Shown here: in pieces, positions 31,001-42,423 of the stretch | Numbering within the stretch: the stretch's first letter is position 1 | How the letters are laid out: each line of letters opens with the position of its first letter | From: Balanoglossus misakiensis | Lineage: Eukaryota > Animalia > Hemichordata | NCBI GenBank assembly: GCA_040954595.2 | Contig: CM082582.2 | Coordinates: 4,882,303-4,946,302, forward strand | Direction: 5' to 3' | DNA: 64,000 nucleotides | Position numbers and translations under genes: made by a program | The notes under the pieces: generated by a model | The model's database searches: none | Seen by the model: the letters and a program-made list of their open reading frames with translations, nothing else | What the model was told of the DNA's origin: nothing

Positions 31001-32340
31001 CACTCCTGGACGCTGAATAGCAGTGGCGCAATTGAAGACATCGTAAAACGGTGGAAAGTTTTTAACTTAAAGCCCTCTATTACGTCATGCGCCTTTAACA
31101 TTCATGTCACCCGGGCCATCCACGTCACGTAGTACGCATTCATACGCAATCGGAAAATCCTATTACATCAAGTGAAGGGCTGAACTTGGCGTCTGAGCGA
31201 AATGTTCGATGTAACAATTGCAAATCCGCAATTCACGCCTAACGTATTCGCTGCACAAGCGATGATGTGTTGAAACTATATCCGTGCTTGAATTAACTTT
31301 TATCAAAATAAAAGAAAAACAAAATAGAATATCATAAGTATTAAATTAATAGAAATTTGAGTCAAATGTAGTTTGTTTGTTTAACGCCCGTTTTCGTAGT
31401 TTTGAAGTCAGTCACCGTCTCAAATAAAAACATTTTAAAGTACGGTACACTACGGGGCGGTACTAACATTCCAGTACTAGGCTTGGTCAGTTACCGGGTG
31501 AGACAGGTTCAATACAGAATGTTTACAATGTAGTGACTTTTTAATAGTCTGGAGATTTAATAACCGGTTAAAAGTAACCGTCTAATGGTTTTTGGACACT
31601 GACAATCAGCAATGATCTATCCGAAGACGTGTTTGAAACCATGAGTAAAATATCTACAACTTGGACAGGGATAACTTTAAGTTGAACGCTTTTCAATCGA
31701 GCTACAAGAGTTGCAACACGCCGGTACTGCCAAATCAAGACCCCCCCCCCCCGACCCAAAAGTACACAGCCACATCAAAACCCGATTTCCGTAATTTATT
31801 ATCTTTTATCGAGGCCAGACATTTCTTTCAAGCTATGTTAAACATCTAAATACACTAGAATAAATTGCTGATACCAGCTTTTCACCTCTTGAGAGCAGGT
31901 GTGGTAAAAGTATTTGCCAAACACGAACTCTGTCACGTGGAGGGGAAAGAACACTCACTCATCGGTGCGTAAATCAAAATTATCTCCAGACGGCACTTAG
32001 GCCCCACTCGTGACAATATAGAACTTTTCAGGTACACTTGTAGAGAGATATTTCTTGGAAAAAAACGACTCAGTATAAAAACAAATAAAAATGTAAAATC
32101 CTGATAGTACTTGTATACTAATACCAATGAAATGTTATTTTATGGACCGCAATATCACCAGCCTTATAACCCTTGGTTTTTGAGTGTTTATTTACAAATA
32201 TTAGGTATCCTGGCTACAGATCCCGTGGGGTACGTGTATCCCCTTTTATGAATCAACATTTCGTGAACCCACTCCTTGATTGGTATGCATGGGCGGAACC
32301 AATGGCTTTCAATGGAGCATTAGCATACGTCAAAGGGTGG

Positions 32341-32561
32341 TACATAAATAGGCGCCCTACAATAGCGGCGAATGAGTGCATTTTAGGAACGTCAGATCAC
32401 ATAAAGCTCTACCGTTGGTTGTACACTACACTACACTGTACTGTACAGGTTAGAGTAAGGCCACACGACTAGTGAACTGAACAGCGAAGTCGAAGTACTA
32501 GGGTTGGGGATCGGACACGAAGCCATACTGTGATAAGGAGCTCAAACTTGATGTTTTGCTG
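32341..32561 (+). promoter_or_regulatory. TATA-like promoter and non-coding first exon of PPPTM precursor gene A
   Basis: TACATAAATAGG at 32341, ending in donor G|GTAAGT at 32561/32562. Highly similar to the reverse complement of 42424-42644. Confidence 0.75.
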
Positions 32562-35500
32562 GTAAGTTTTGTCATGTTTGCGCCTTGCACGTGTGGATTA
32601 TATGGCACACGCAGCCGAGACATAGAACGAACGTTACACTGAGATAGCATCGTCTTACTCGACACGTTCATTCATGCTTCAAAAAAACCGCAACTGTCAG
32701 GCAAGACAGACTGTGGGCGTTCACGCTGCTGCTAGAGGATAACGTTGAATTTCACTGTGAAGTTTAGTCGCCGAGTACTTCAACTGGTGACTATGACATT
32801 GCCAGCTCCTGATAGATTACGAAAGATCAAAAGTTCAAACCCGTCGTAATAACGAGTTTGATTTTCGATAGTAAGCCGTGTGACTACAATCAAACGTTAC
32901 AGTGATGCACGCCCAACTGTTGAACTCCAAACATTGGTTATCTTGCAGTAAACTTTAATTTTTTGACGTGTTGTACGCGAACTATTGTTCAAATCTTTTT
33001 GTGAAGTAGTAATCGCGACCGTAGAGTACTAATTGCATTGAATTATCCTTAGCTTGATTCTAATATGTTCAACAGACGCCCATTTATTCAAAGGTGATGT
33101 ATCGTTCGTCCATTGTACGACGCTGCATACCTTGTCAGGGCCAGCCATGTTTTCTTTTCAATTTCGCTCCTATAAAATCAATGCACCGTGCCGCAGTGTT
33201 GCTAAAAATAGGCGTTTTAGCATAATAGATAAATCAAGCCTCCAAGTTTGACCATACTCTCGGTTATCCTTGGTTTAACTGACTGAGTTGTTAAACAACA
33301 GGTGGTCGACTGGGCAAACGTCGTCACTTTCTCTTCTTCAAGTTTTAGCTTACCGAAATCCGTTCGAAAAATGAGAAAAAATGAATGAATGATACACCAT
33401 GTTGTCAATACCCTTCACTGGCTGAAGTTTGTGTGCTGACATCGCCCGAGGGTGAACGTTCTCGGGTTTTGAAATTCAAATCAACGCATTTTTCCTTGAC
33501 ATGTCTACGGTCTATACGGATGGCGTATAATAGGGGCCTATTATACACACACTCAACTCCTAAAGAAAAAGAAACTTGTGCAACCTTCAATGCCATTATT
33601 GAGGTAGAAACGATTCGAACACAAGTAGGAAGACATCAGACAATACTGATAGCTACGAACGTTCCTGCGGACGAACCAGACAGCAATCGGAAAATCTCAA
33701 CCACTAAACGATTGGGTAAACATACAGCAACGCTATACTGAGTCTATACGATTAAGTACTTAAAAGTATTTCGCAATTTAGGTGTGTCGATTCAGTTGAC
33801 TTAGATAAGCACTCGTACAAATAATTATTGCAGAAGTTTAACATGTCTGCAATGACGGTTAATGGAACTGCTGACCTAATACTGTCTAATCCTCATCATT
33901 TCCCAATACACTAGTCACAATAATGGTTTGTTTACGTGGTTTTCAAGCATTGTATTCTGTTAACCGTAAACTTTGAACATTCTTTGTGTGTTTGGAAAGT
34001 AAAATCGGGTTGGCCGGAGATTACACTAACCACCGTTACTTAAGCTTAATAAGGGTGTATTTTTAGCCCGAATTGCGCGCGGTATTTATTGTGGTGTCGT
34101 CATGACAACCACTGTGTCTATTTTTCCTCTGGCGGTATGACTCACCGAAAAAGTATTGAGATGCATCTTGAACTGTATGTGAGTATATGAGGATTAAAAT
34201 AGGTACAGGTTGAAAGATTGCACGTATTCGAGGGTGGGGAAGTTTTAAACTGTAGCTGTGCCGAAATATCACACGAAAATTATCGGATCCTTTAGTCGTG
34301 TTTCCCCCAAAATAACGAATCAAATATACGTAGAATATTTCAATCGGCAGAAACAAACACGGATTCGTGTTTTTGAGTAGGTCCCTTTTATATGTGTTTG
34401 ATGGATTTTACTTTAAGCTGCAGTTTACAAAATCACTGGATTACAAGGATCACTGATATTACCGATGGAGTTGTTTAAGTCTGGTGATAAAGTGTATAGT
34501 GGGCAATCGGTTTCCGGTTGCTGTCTAACATTCCTCCGAATACCCATTTAAAGAAGACTTCAAATGTGGGTTTGATCTATGGTTTTCTTCAACATTTATT
34601 GTACAAAGGTATTTGACCCAGTTTCCGATGGCCCCACGAGTTCCTTCCCGCGACCATTTGCGGTTTCCCCGCACAAGGTATACGAAAAAAGGCGAAGTGG
34701 ACATTTCCGGTTGAAATAGGTTATCATCATTGTGTTTGTATTTTTCATTCTTGAAGCACCGTTATCAGATTAGGCGGGGATTCTTTTCACGGTCAGGATT
34801 AAGTCAGAGAATATTTGACATCAGAGCTGCATGGCATTTGGATGCGCCCTACCACACCTATCATTAATTTCTAGTTTGTCTGTCACCTGTAACTGGCAAT
34901 GACGTAGCCGATATTCCTGCGTATATTTGGGGGGGGGGGGGGGGGGGTTGATGAAAAGTCAAGTGCCTTGATTGAGGGCATGATAATATAGTTATGTATA
35001 GGGCTTGAACTCGCCATCCTCATACGGTAAACCTATATCAACCGTCATAAGCTAAATTTAAGACAACAACCATGCACAGCTGTGTAAGGAATAACAAGTG
35101 ATGAAAACCACCATAATTTCGATCGTCGTCGACGCCATCTTCTCAATCGTCGAGCTATATATGATTGTTATCTGCTAGATCGACTGAAGGTATATTTTGG
35201 GTAGCCGATGTAGATAAAAGGGGGTGCAAGAAAATTTCGACAGAATAAGAAAAAAATAGAGAAAAAATAAATGAGGTGAAACAGGCAGACGGTAAAATGT
35301 GACTATTGTATACGAGGAATGCCGTCAGTCAGCATCGTCGAGATTCATTCCGCCCCACCTGCTTGCCACATCTAAATGTACAATATCCGGAAGGTAAGAA
35401 CTCCGTCGTCGACACGCCGTAAAATGAACGGAAGTGAGTTGGTAACAAGGAGTGGTTCACCAGTGGCTGGGTCAAGTGTTGTTGACCCCAAACTCTTTGG

Positions 35501-36452
35501 CCACGCCCTTCCCTCTGTCGGTCCAGACTTCACTTCTCCTTTACACGCAGATCGCGCCGACTGATCTATCGTGGTGGAATGTGGTAAATCTTCAACTCTA
35601 AATTTTGCTGAGTCATTCGAGACAAATATGCATTACAGCCACAGAGAATAATCTTTTTCAGCAAAACACTTCCAAAGCAAGTAATTTGCAACAAAGTTGA
35701 AGGATTTATAAACTTATTTTTTGAGAAATATCAACCATTTTGAAATGAAAAATAAATCAGCGGATGCTACATGCATTGTGACATGACATCTCACGCTGAA
35801 CTGAAGTGTATTTAAAGTGAATTTGATGTCGTTTTAATGATATAGGCCTAATCATGTACAAATAATTGCAGCGTCTGTCACCCTTTCTGTTGTGATTAGA
35901 AATTATTCACAATTCGTTTTAATGGAGCGATGGACAGATCGACCTAAAATTGCCTGTCCTTGGGATGCCAAGCAACTTCGTCTGTTATTATCGTCAACGT
36001 ACACATCTTGTTTTAATTCAAACGTTTCCCCGATGGGCAGGGTGCAGGGTGTTTGATACCCTCAAGGAGTTTACCTTGATGTCCCGTCAAAGGCCTCTCA
36101 CATGTTGTATATATATAGCTGCATTGGTAATCGTCTCCTGAAATTCCCTACACGCCCATGGCCGGTAGGATTTCTATTAAGGTGGCTCTAAGGGTGCCCC
36201 TGGTAGCAATCAATCATTGTCTAGCAAGATAAATAACACGGTTGACTTCGCTGCAATGGTAACCTCTTTGTCCGTCGCACCCACCTGTTGATTTACAAAC
36301 TTTGTAACGCGTCGCTGACTCGACGATTCGGGACAAAAGTGAATTACCTTGATTAAGGATTCGGCATGCAAAACAGACCCTTTCAGGAATTGTAGTTTCC
36401 TCTCCTAAACCCCGAAGAGTTTATATTTTATTCAATCTCAGGTATAGGAGGA

Positions 36453-36530
36453 TAGACTGAAAGATTCAGTCCTGTGCGGGCGCTGTGACCCTTAGGGGAG
36501 CACTCGCACACGACTGAATCTTTCAGTCTA
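36453..36530. mobile_element. Short hairpin MITE in intron 1 of precursor gene A
   Basis: TAGACTGAAAGATTCAGTC...GACTGAATCTTTCAGTCTA inverted repeat. Confidence 0.7.
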
Positions 36531-36846
36531 AAGTATAAGGGAACCTGTACAATTCGAATCAGGCATTTTCACCAACTGTTGGCAATAGGTGCGCATCGTC
36601 AACGCATCTTTGTGTGTATTTTCGTGATTCTCGCAGTATTATATTTTGAAACGTGTTCAAGTCGGAAAATGGTACTAGTAATAGTTTAAGTATGCTTCAG
36701 GACACAATTTCTTTATCTGAGGAATCGTGGCACCATGATTATTATTCTCTGAGCGACAGACTACAGGCATCCCTTGTGTGTATAATTAACTCCCATGTTT
36801 ACACATGTTAATATGGATATTCTTTCTTTCTATCTCTATAGGGTGA

Positions 36847-38420
36847 ATGTATTCAAGAAATAAAATGGTAACTTCATTTCTCGGCGTGTTCTTCTCTGTG
36901 TGGTGCGTCGCTGTCACTGTGGAAGCGAGAGCTCTGGCAGACATAGCCAAGACAGGCGACATTTTGAATGGTTTAGAAACTTACAAGAGTGAGGCGAGAA
37001 GTGGTATCGAGGCTCGTGGTGATGATGGTGCAAAGGTAAAATACGACCTTTTAGAAGAATTAGATCTTCTGATGAAAGCGCTGAATAGTAGAGACGACGA
37101 ATCAACTGCCAGTCCAGCAGCTGGTACCAGTTCTGAAGAACACGATAACCAGTGGCCACAGCCGACTGCAAACAGTGGACAATCAAGCGAGGTCGCCGAA
37201 CCATCTGAATCCGATGAAGACGTATCCGATGATCGGTCGGATTCATCTTCCAGTGAATCCGAATCAGAGTCCGAATCAGACGACAACGATGTCCCCGATA
37301 CATCAGATTATGTGCTTACACTGCTGCAAGAAATCTTAGCCATACTTGAAAACAGTGACAAGGTAATGATGTTTTTAAAGAATATCTCTCTATCTCTCAA
37401 TGATCTCCACACCTCCCTTCCGATCCCCCTCCCTCCTCATCCCTGTCTTTCAACTACGGACATCGAGTGGTAGAGATGACAGTACATCATGTATATCGTA
37501 TAATTAGACCAATTTCTGGTGACCTGTGGCACTCTGCCTTGGAGGTTATCCGAATAAGCGAAGGCTAAAGGAGACCATTATTGCAGCACAATTATACAAT
37601 TTATATCCTTGTAAAGACATTATATTATTGTTATTCATATTAGGAAGTGCTGCCTTCACCCTCAAGAAAAGACATGCGCCCCCCGCCGACAATGCGAGAG
37701 GACGAAAGTAAAGTTCCACCAACCCTGAAAAAGGACGCAAGACCGCCACCAACTATGAGAGAGGATTCAAGACCGCCGCCAACAATGAAAGATTTGTTGA
37801 ATGAAATTCTCTCTGCAGATTCTAGAAAAGACGAGCGCCCTCCACCGACAATGAGAAAGGACGCAAGACCGCCACCAACTATGAGAGAAGATTCAAGACC
37901 GCCACCAACAATGAAAGATTTGTTGAAAGAAATACTCTCTGCAGAATCCAGAAAAGACGAGCGCCCTCCACCGACAATGAGAAAGGACGCAAGACCGCCA
38001 CCAACTATGAGAGAAGATTCAAGACCGCCGCCAACTATGAAAGATTTGTTGAATGAAATTCTCTCTGCAGATTCTAGAAAAGACGAGCGCCCTCCACCGA
38101 CAATGCGAAAGGACGCTAGACCGCCACCAACTATGAGAGAAGATTCAAGACCGCCGCCAACTATGAAAGATTTGTTGAAAGAAATACTCTCTGCAGAATC
38201 CAGAAAAGACGAGCGCCCTCCACCGACAATGAGAAAGGGCGCAAGACCGCCACCAACTATGAGAGAAGATTCAAGACCGCCGCCAACTATGAAAGACTTG
38301 TTGAAAGAAATTCTCTCTGCAGACTCCAGAAAAGACGAGCGCCCTCCACCGACAATGAAAAAGGACGCAAGACCGCCACCAACTATGAGAGAAGATCAGA
38401 GAGTGCCGTATCATCATTAA
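36847..38420 (+). CDS. Secreted multi-copy peptide precursor A (~430 aa; exons 36847-37362 and 37644-38420), with 17 x-x-R-PPPTM copies, mostly D-[A/S/E]-RPPPTM
   Basis: Hydrophobic signal peptide (VTSFLGVFFSVWCVAVTVEA), acidic Ser/Asp/Glu pro-region, phase-0 intron AAG|GTAATG...TAG|GAA, then PPPTM units separated by RK/KK/RE/K. Confidence 0.85.
37733..38395 (+). repeat. Coding higher-order tandem repeat, 126-bp (42-aa) unit, ~5 copies
   Basis: Unit: DARPPPTM-RE-DSRPPPTM-K-DLL(N/K)EILSA(D/E)S-RK-DERPPPTM-RK. Confidence 0.9.
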
Positions 38421-38434
38421 TGTACATTTTGTGG

Positions 38435-38548
38435 TAGCTGTGGTAACGCAGCTCACAGTCCATCTTGAGGGACTGTGCGCAGCTGTACTGTCGTGACGTG
38501 GGGGTAATCAGCACCCCCCCCAATGGTACAGCTGCGTTACCACAGCTA
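38435..38548. mobile_element. Hairpin MITE with ~9-bp target duplication, just after the stop codon of precursor A
   Basis: TAGCTGTGGTAACGCAGCT...AGCTGCGTTACCACAGCTA flanked by ATTTTGTGG / ATTTTGTTG. Confidence 0.8.
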
Positions 38549-39798
38549 ATTTTGTTGTAAAACGCTCAGATAATAAGCTCTATGACGATTGATTTCGATC
38601 AAATCGATATCCACGTGGTCAGAATTTCACAGCACCGGCTGAAGCACAATTTTGCACAGTATGGGGTGTGCGTTCTATCGTTTGCAGGTTTGACGTACAA
38701 GTGACTTGATCACCCTTTAGATGTATCAAACGAAAAACACTGTAAATGGAGAACCAACTATTCGGACAAAATAACCAAACGCTGCTTTCTGCTTGAAAAA
38801 CGCCCGTCGATTGTGAACCAGACGAGAAACCAATATTGTAGTTCGGACTCTGAGCAGCCGAATAGGCCACAAGTTTGGCTCTGTCACATGTAAGTCACTG
38901 GTTAGGTCTAATCTGATTAAATCCGATGTCGAGATGGGTTGGTCTTTTCGCTTGAATCGATTTTGTGGTCTGTACATATACTAGTACATATATTTAACAC
39001 GTTTCTATGACATTGACTGCCATTTGACGTAAAATTGTAGTATAACAGTTCCTGAAATTTGTTGTCCTTTATACTTGCCACAGTCATTTTTCCATTTGTG
39101 AGTCAGTTGTGTTGTTCCATGCAAAGTATTTTTTATCAATTTGAAACTAAAATGAAAACATATCAAACTTTATGTAGGGGACTACCCAGAATTGATTCAC
39201 AATTCAAGAAAACGTTATCACAGAATTGTCATTTTCTTGATATTGTACATGTGGTTTGACTTGTTGGAACATGGTTGAATATCCATCAACTGTACACAGA
39301 AATGTAAAAAAGGCGACTTTGTCCCTTTCATTGGAAAAAAGTAGTCTTTATTTTACATCAATTGATGTACAGACAGCATAAGTAAAACAGATATAAGGAA
39401 AGTGACATTAAAAGCAGATTTTGAGTAGTCCCCTACTTTTAAGAAAGTAACACATATCAAACACTTGATTTTCGCAAGCTTGTGATAAAACAATGGCATT
39501 CTCGTTTTAACTTAATTTAATGACGTAATCACCCAGGAAAAAAATACAGTGTATTTATATATTCGTTATAAGTCGTTTCCATGCCTTAAATTAACGTTGT
39601 CTGCATTTTGTATCTCGTCGAGGGGCCAGTAACCCTTAACTGCATTTTTTTCAGAATTTTATATTGTATGCAAAGTATGAAGTTTCTCTTTTCAGCAAAT
39701 TGTGCTGAAAGACCTGGTATTCAAATTGTCATCAACGCAACCGTGACCAGTTAGAGTTTTGACAACTGGACACTATGATTTGTCAAGGCGCAAATTGT

Positions 39799-39799
39799 C

Positions 39800-39855
<56 letters not shown>
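39799..39855. repeat. (ACA)n microsatellite
   Basis: Direct reading. Confidence 0.95.
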
Positions 39856-40101
39856 ATACGACACCAACAAATACAACAACACTGTATTTAACATATTCTG
39901 TGTTGACATATGTTGGAATGCGGGGTCTTCAACATGATGTAGGGGGTAGAATGAGGTACACAGAACACTAGGCTACTGCTCCTTTAAATAATTGTGTCAA
40001 TGTTTTATCGTTAACTGTCGCCTCTATTAATTGGTGTAATAAATCAACATATTAAAGTGTCATTTTTTTATCCATAAAGTACCGCAGTCTTCTCCTTGTT
40101 C

Positions 40102-40845
40102 TCAGCCTACGGACGGCTTTGGGTCCCTCTTCATGGTTGGTGGCGGCTTTGGGTCCCTCTTCATGGTTGGTGGCGGCTTTGGGTCCCTCTTCATGGTTGG
40201 TGGCGGCTTGGGGTCCCTCTTCATGGTTGGTGGCGGCTTGGGGTCCCTCTTCATGGTTGGTGGCGGCTTGGGGTCCCTCTTCATGGTTGGTGGCGGCTTG
40301 GGGTCCCTCTTCATGGTTGGTGGCGGCTTGGGGTCCCTCTTCATGGTTGGTGGCGGCTTGGGGTCCCTCTTCATGGTTGGTGGCGGCTTGGGGTCCCTCT
40401 TCATGGTTGGTGGCGGCTTGGGGTCCCTCTTCATGGTTGGTGGCGGCTTGGGGTCCCTCTTCATGGTTGGTGGCGGCTTGGGGTCCCTCTTCATGGTCGG
40501 TGGCGGCTTGGGGTCCCTCTTCATGGTCGGTGGCGGCTTGGGGTCCCTCTTCATGGTTGGTGGCGGCTTGGGGTCCCTCTTCATGGTTGGTGGCGGCTTG
40601 GGGTTGTCTCTATAATTTAGCGCTCTAATCAGAAGATCCAATTCTTCCAAAAGATCGTCTTGTACGTTTATGACATCATCACCTACGTCACCACTCCCCT
40701 TCTTGCTGTAAGTTTCTAAACCATGCAAAATGTCGTCTGTATTGGTGATGTCTGCAGGAGCTCTCGCTTCCACGGTGACAGCGACACACCACACAGAGAA
40801 AAACACAGCGAGAAGTGAAGGTGTCATTTTATTTCTAGAATACAT
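40102..40845 (-). CDS. Secreted multi-copy peptide precursor B (247 aa): 1x DNPKPPPTM, 15x DPKPPPTM and terminal DPKPSVG, all separated by KR
   Basis: N-terminal ~80 aa is clearly paralogous to precursor A (MYSRNKM..FFSVWCVAVTVEARA.ADI..T.DIL.GLETY...DLLEELDLL..ALN.RD). Splice acceptor 5 nt before the ATG. 30-bp coding repeat. Confidence 0.88.
   Translation of the reverse strand: MYSRNKMTPSLLAVFFSVWCVAVTVEARAPADITNTDDILHGLETYSKKGSGDVGDDVINVQDDLLEELDLLIRALNYRDNPKPPPTMKRDPKPPPTMKRDPKPPPTMKRDPKPPPTMKRDPKPPPTMKRDPKPPPTMKRDPKPPPTMKRDPKPPPTMKRDPKPPPTMKRDPKPPPTMKRDPKPPPTMKRDPKPPPTMKRDPKPPPTMKRDPKPPPTMKRDPKPPPTMKRDPKPPPTMKRDPKPSVG
40113..40603 (-). repeat. 30-bp coding minisatellite, ~16 units
   Basis: TGGCGGCTTGGGGTCCCTCTTCATGGTTGG repeated on the + strand. 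Confidence 0.97.
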
Positions 40846-41053
40846 TCACCCTAAAGAGATAGGAAGAAAGAATACTCCTATTAACAATCTTATGTAAACA
40901 TGGGGGTTAACGTATTATACGCTGTAGTCTGTTGCCGAGAGAATAATAATCATGGTCCCACGATCATTCCGATAAAGGAATTGTGTCCCGAAGCATACTT
41001 AAACTAGACTTCTATTTTTTCTACTTTATCACATTTCAAAATGCAATATATGC

Positions 41054-41137
41054 GTCAGGATGGCCGAGCGGTCTAAGGCGCTGCGTTCAGGTCGCAGTCT
41101 ACTCTTGTAGGCGTGGGTTCGAATCCCACTTCTGACA
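41054..41137 (+). tRNA. tRNA-Leu(CAG)
   Basis: GTCAGGATGGCCGAGCGGTCTAAGGCGCTGCGTTCAGGTCGCAG...GTGGGTTCGAATCCCACTTCTGACA: canonical A and B boxes, CAG anticodon, long variable arm, T5 run just downstream. Confidence 0.95.
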
Positions 41138-41147
41138 AATATTTTTC

Positions 41148-41485
41148 ATGTGTCACCTCTGAAAAGATACTGGGTTTAATTTTAGACAATTTTATTTCAT
41201 GGGACAAACATATTGATATTTTGTGTCTTACTTTGAGTCGGAAAGTTGGACTACTTAGGCGCCTTTGTAAATTCATTCCTTTACACCTTCGAAAAGTTTT
41301 ATATTACGGTTTGATTCGATCTGTCATTGACTACTGCTCTTTTGTGTGGGGAAATACGACTTCTAAAAATATAGATAAGGTTTATAAAATGCAGAAGCGT
41401 GCCTTAAGAGTAATACTTAATGCTGATTTTGATACCCCAACTGATGTACTTTTTGAAAGATTCGATGTGCTATCTGTTAGACACC
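41148..41485 (+). mobile_element. LINE (CR1/L2-group) ORF2 C-terminal fragment
   Basis: EKILGLILDNFISWDKHIDILC..LSRKVGLLRRL...LYYGLIRSVIDYCSFVWG...MQKRALRVI, typical of the non-LTR RT thumb region. Confidence 0.85.
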
Positions 41486-41599
41486 TAAATTTTACTTATG
41501 TGCGATTTGGCATCATTGACCCAAAAATGTAAAGTCAAACGTGTTTAGTATGGAATCCCGACTGTCGGGATTCCAGACCAAACTTTTATGACCATACAC

Positions 41600-42095
41600 A
41601 GCAAACCTTTCCACGTTAGACATTCTAGACACATAAAACGCGAAAAGATGAAAACACTGACTTCGAAACGTATTGCGACCCACATCAGCATGTCGAACAT
41701 GGTAATTACATTGCCCGTTTACCATGGAAGACTGATCATCCGCTGTTGCCAAGCAACTACTCCACAACCGAAAATCGCGCACGTGCAAGGGTCCGTCGTT
41801 TGTCACCAGCGCTGACATAAACATACGATGATGTTATCTATGATCAAGTGCGCCGTGACTTCGTCGAAAAAGTTGACAACCGCAAAAAAACGCGCGGTCG
41901 AAGAAGACTCTGGGCCTACCACAACTCCAAGTTGTATTGTGTACAACTGCAGTGCAAAGCAAAATTCAGAATTCGTCGAATTTGAATGACTGTTTCCAAA
42001 CCGTGCCGTAAGTTTACTGATAAACGTGATTTTCTCGGCATGCGATGTGCCGCGATTTCGCGCCAGCCATGTCGCCCTTACCAGTGACATTGACA
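41600..42095 (+). mobile_element. Decayed BEL/Pao LTR-retrotransposon pol fragment
   Basis: YIARLPWKTDHPLLPSNY...RARVRRL..*.YDDVIYDQVRRDFVEKV, IVYNCSAK and RFRASHVALTSDI motifs, interrupted by stops and deletions. Confidence 0.7.
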
Positions 42096-42423
42096 CACCA
42101 CTCGCCCTATACACAAGTGGCATGTCGCGACAGAGAAGGCCAATGATCCGCCCACCCCAAGGAGATCTAGAGATGCGGCCGTTGAAGCAAAGATCAGAAT
42201 TTTGGACTGTGCAGACTTTTGACAATACTTGTCGAGATTTTAAACACCTTTCATTAAACTTTTTTTTGTTTCTGGCCCTCTTTATTCGTATGTGCCATCC
42301 ACTGAAAATCTGATCTCAGTTTGCCATGGTAACTGTCGCTAATTTTTTGCTTAGCTGATTGTATACCTTAAGGTAAGTCCGACTCTTTAGCGACCATGTT
42401 CATAAATACCACGACAAACTTAC

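Noticed and set aside
28100-36400. Numerous 60-130 aa ORFs (e.g. 29332-29520 His-run, 33385-33741)
   Set aside because: No recognisable domains or consistent splice chain; expected by chance in intergenic and intronic DNA.
37363-37473. C-terminal extension of the 208-aa ORF (VMMFLKNISL...)
   Set aside because: Intron read-through past the AAG|GTAATG donor.
37644-38420. Resemblance of RPPP/KPPP to bradykinin, tuftsin or proline-rich antimicrobial peptides
   Set aside because: Only 2-3 low-complexity residues are shared; no evidence of homology.
40113-40603. CRISPR-like regular repeat
   Set aside because: Head-to-tail units with no unique spacers, no cas genes, and a eukaryotic coding context.
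40096-40628. Three + strand ORFs (WWRLGVPLHG, GPSSWLVAAW and MVGGGLGSLF repeats)
   Set aside because: Antisense shadows of the stop-free 30-bp array. Only the minus-strand frame has a signal peptide, splice acceptor and paralogue.
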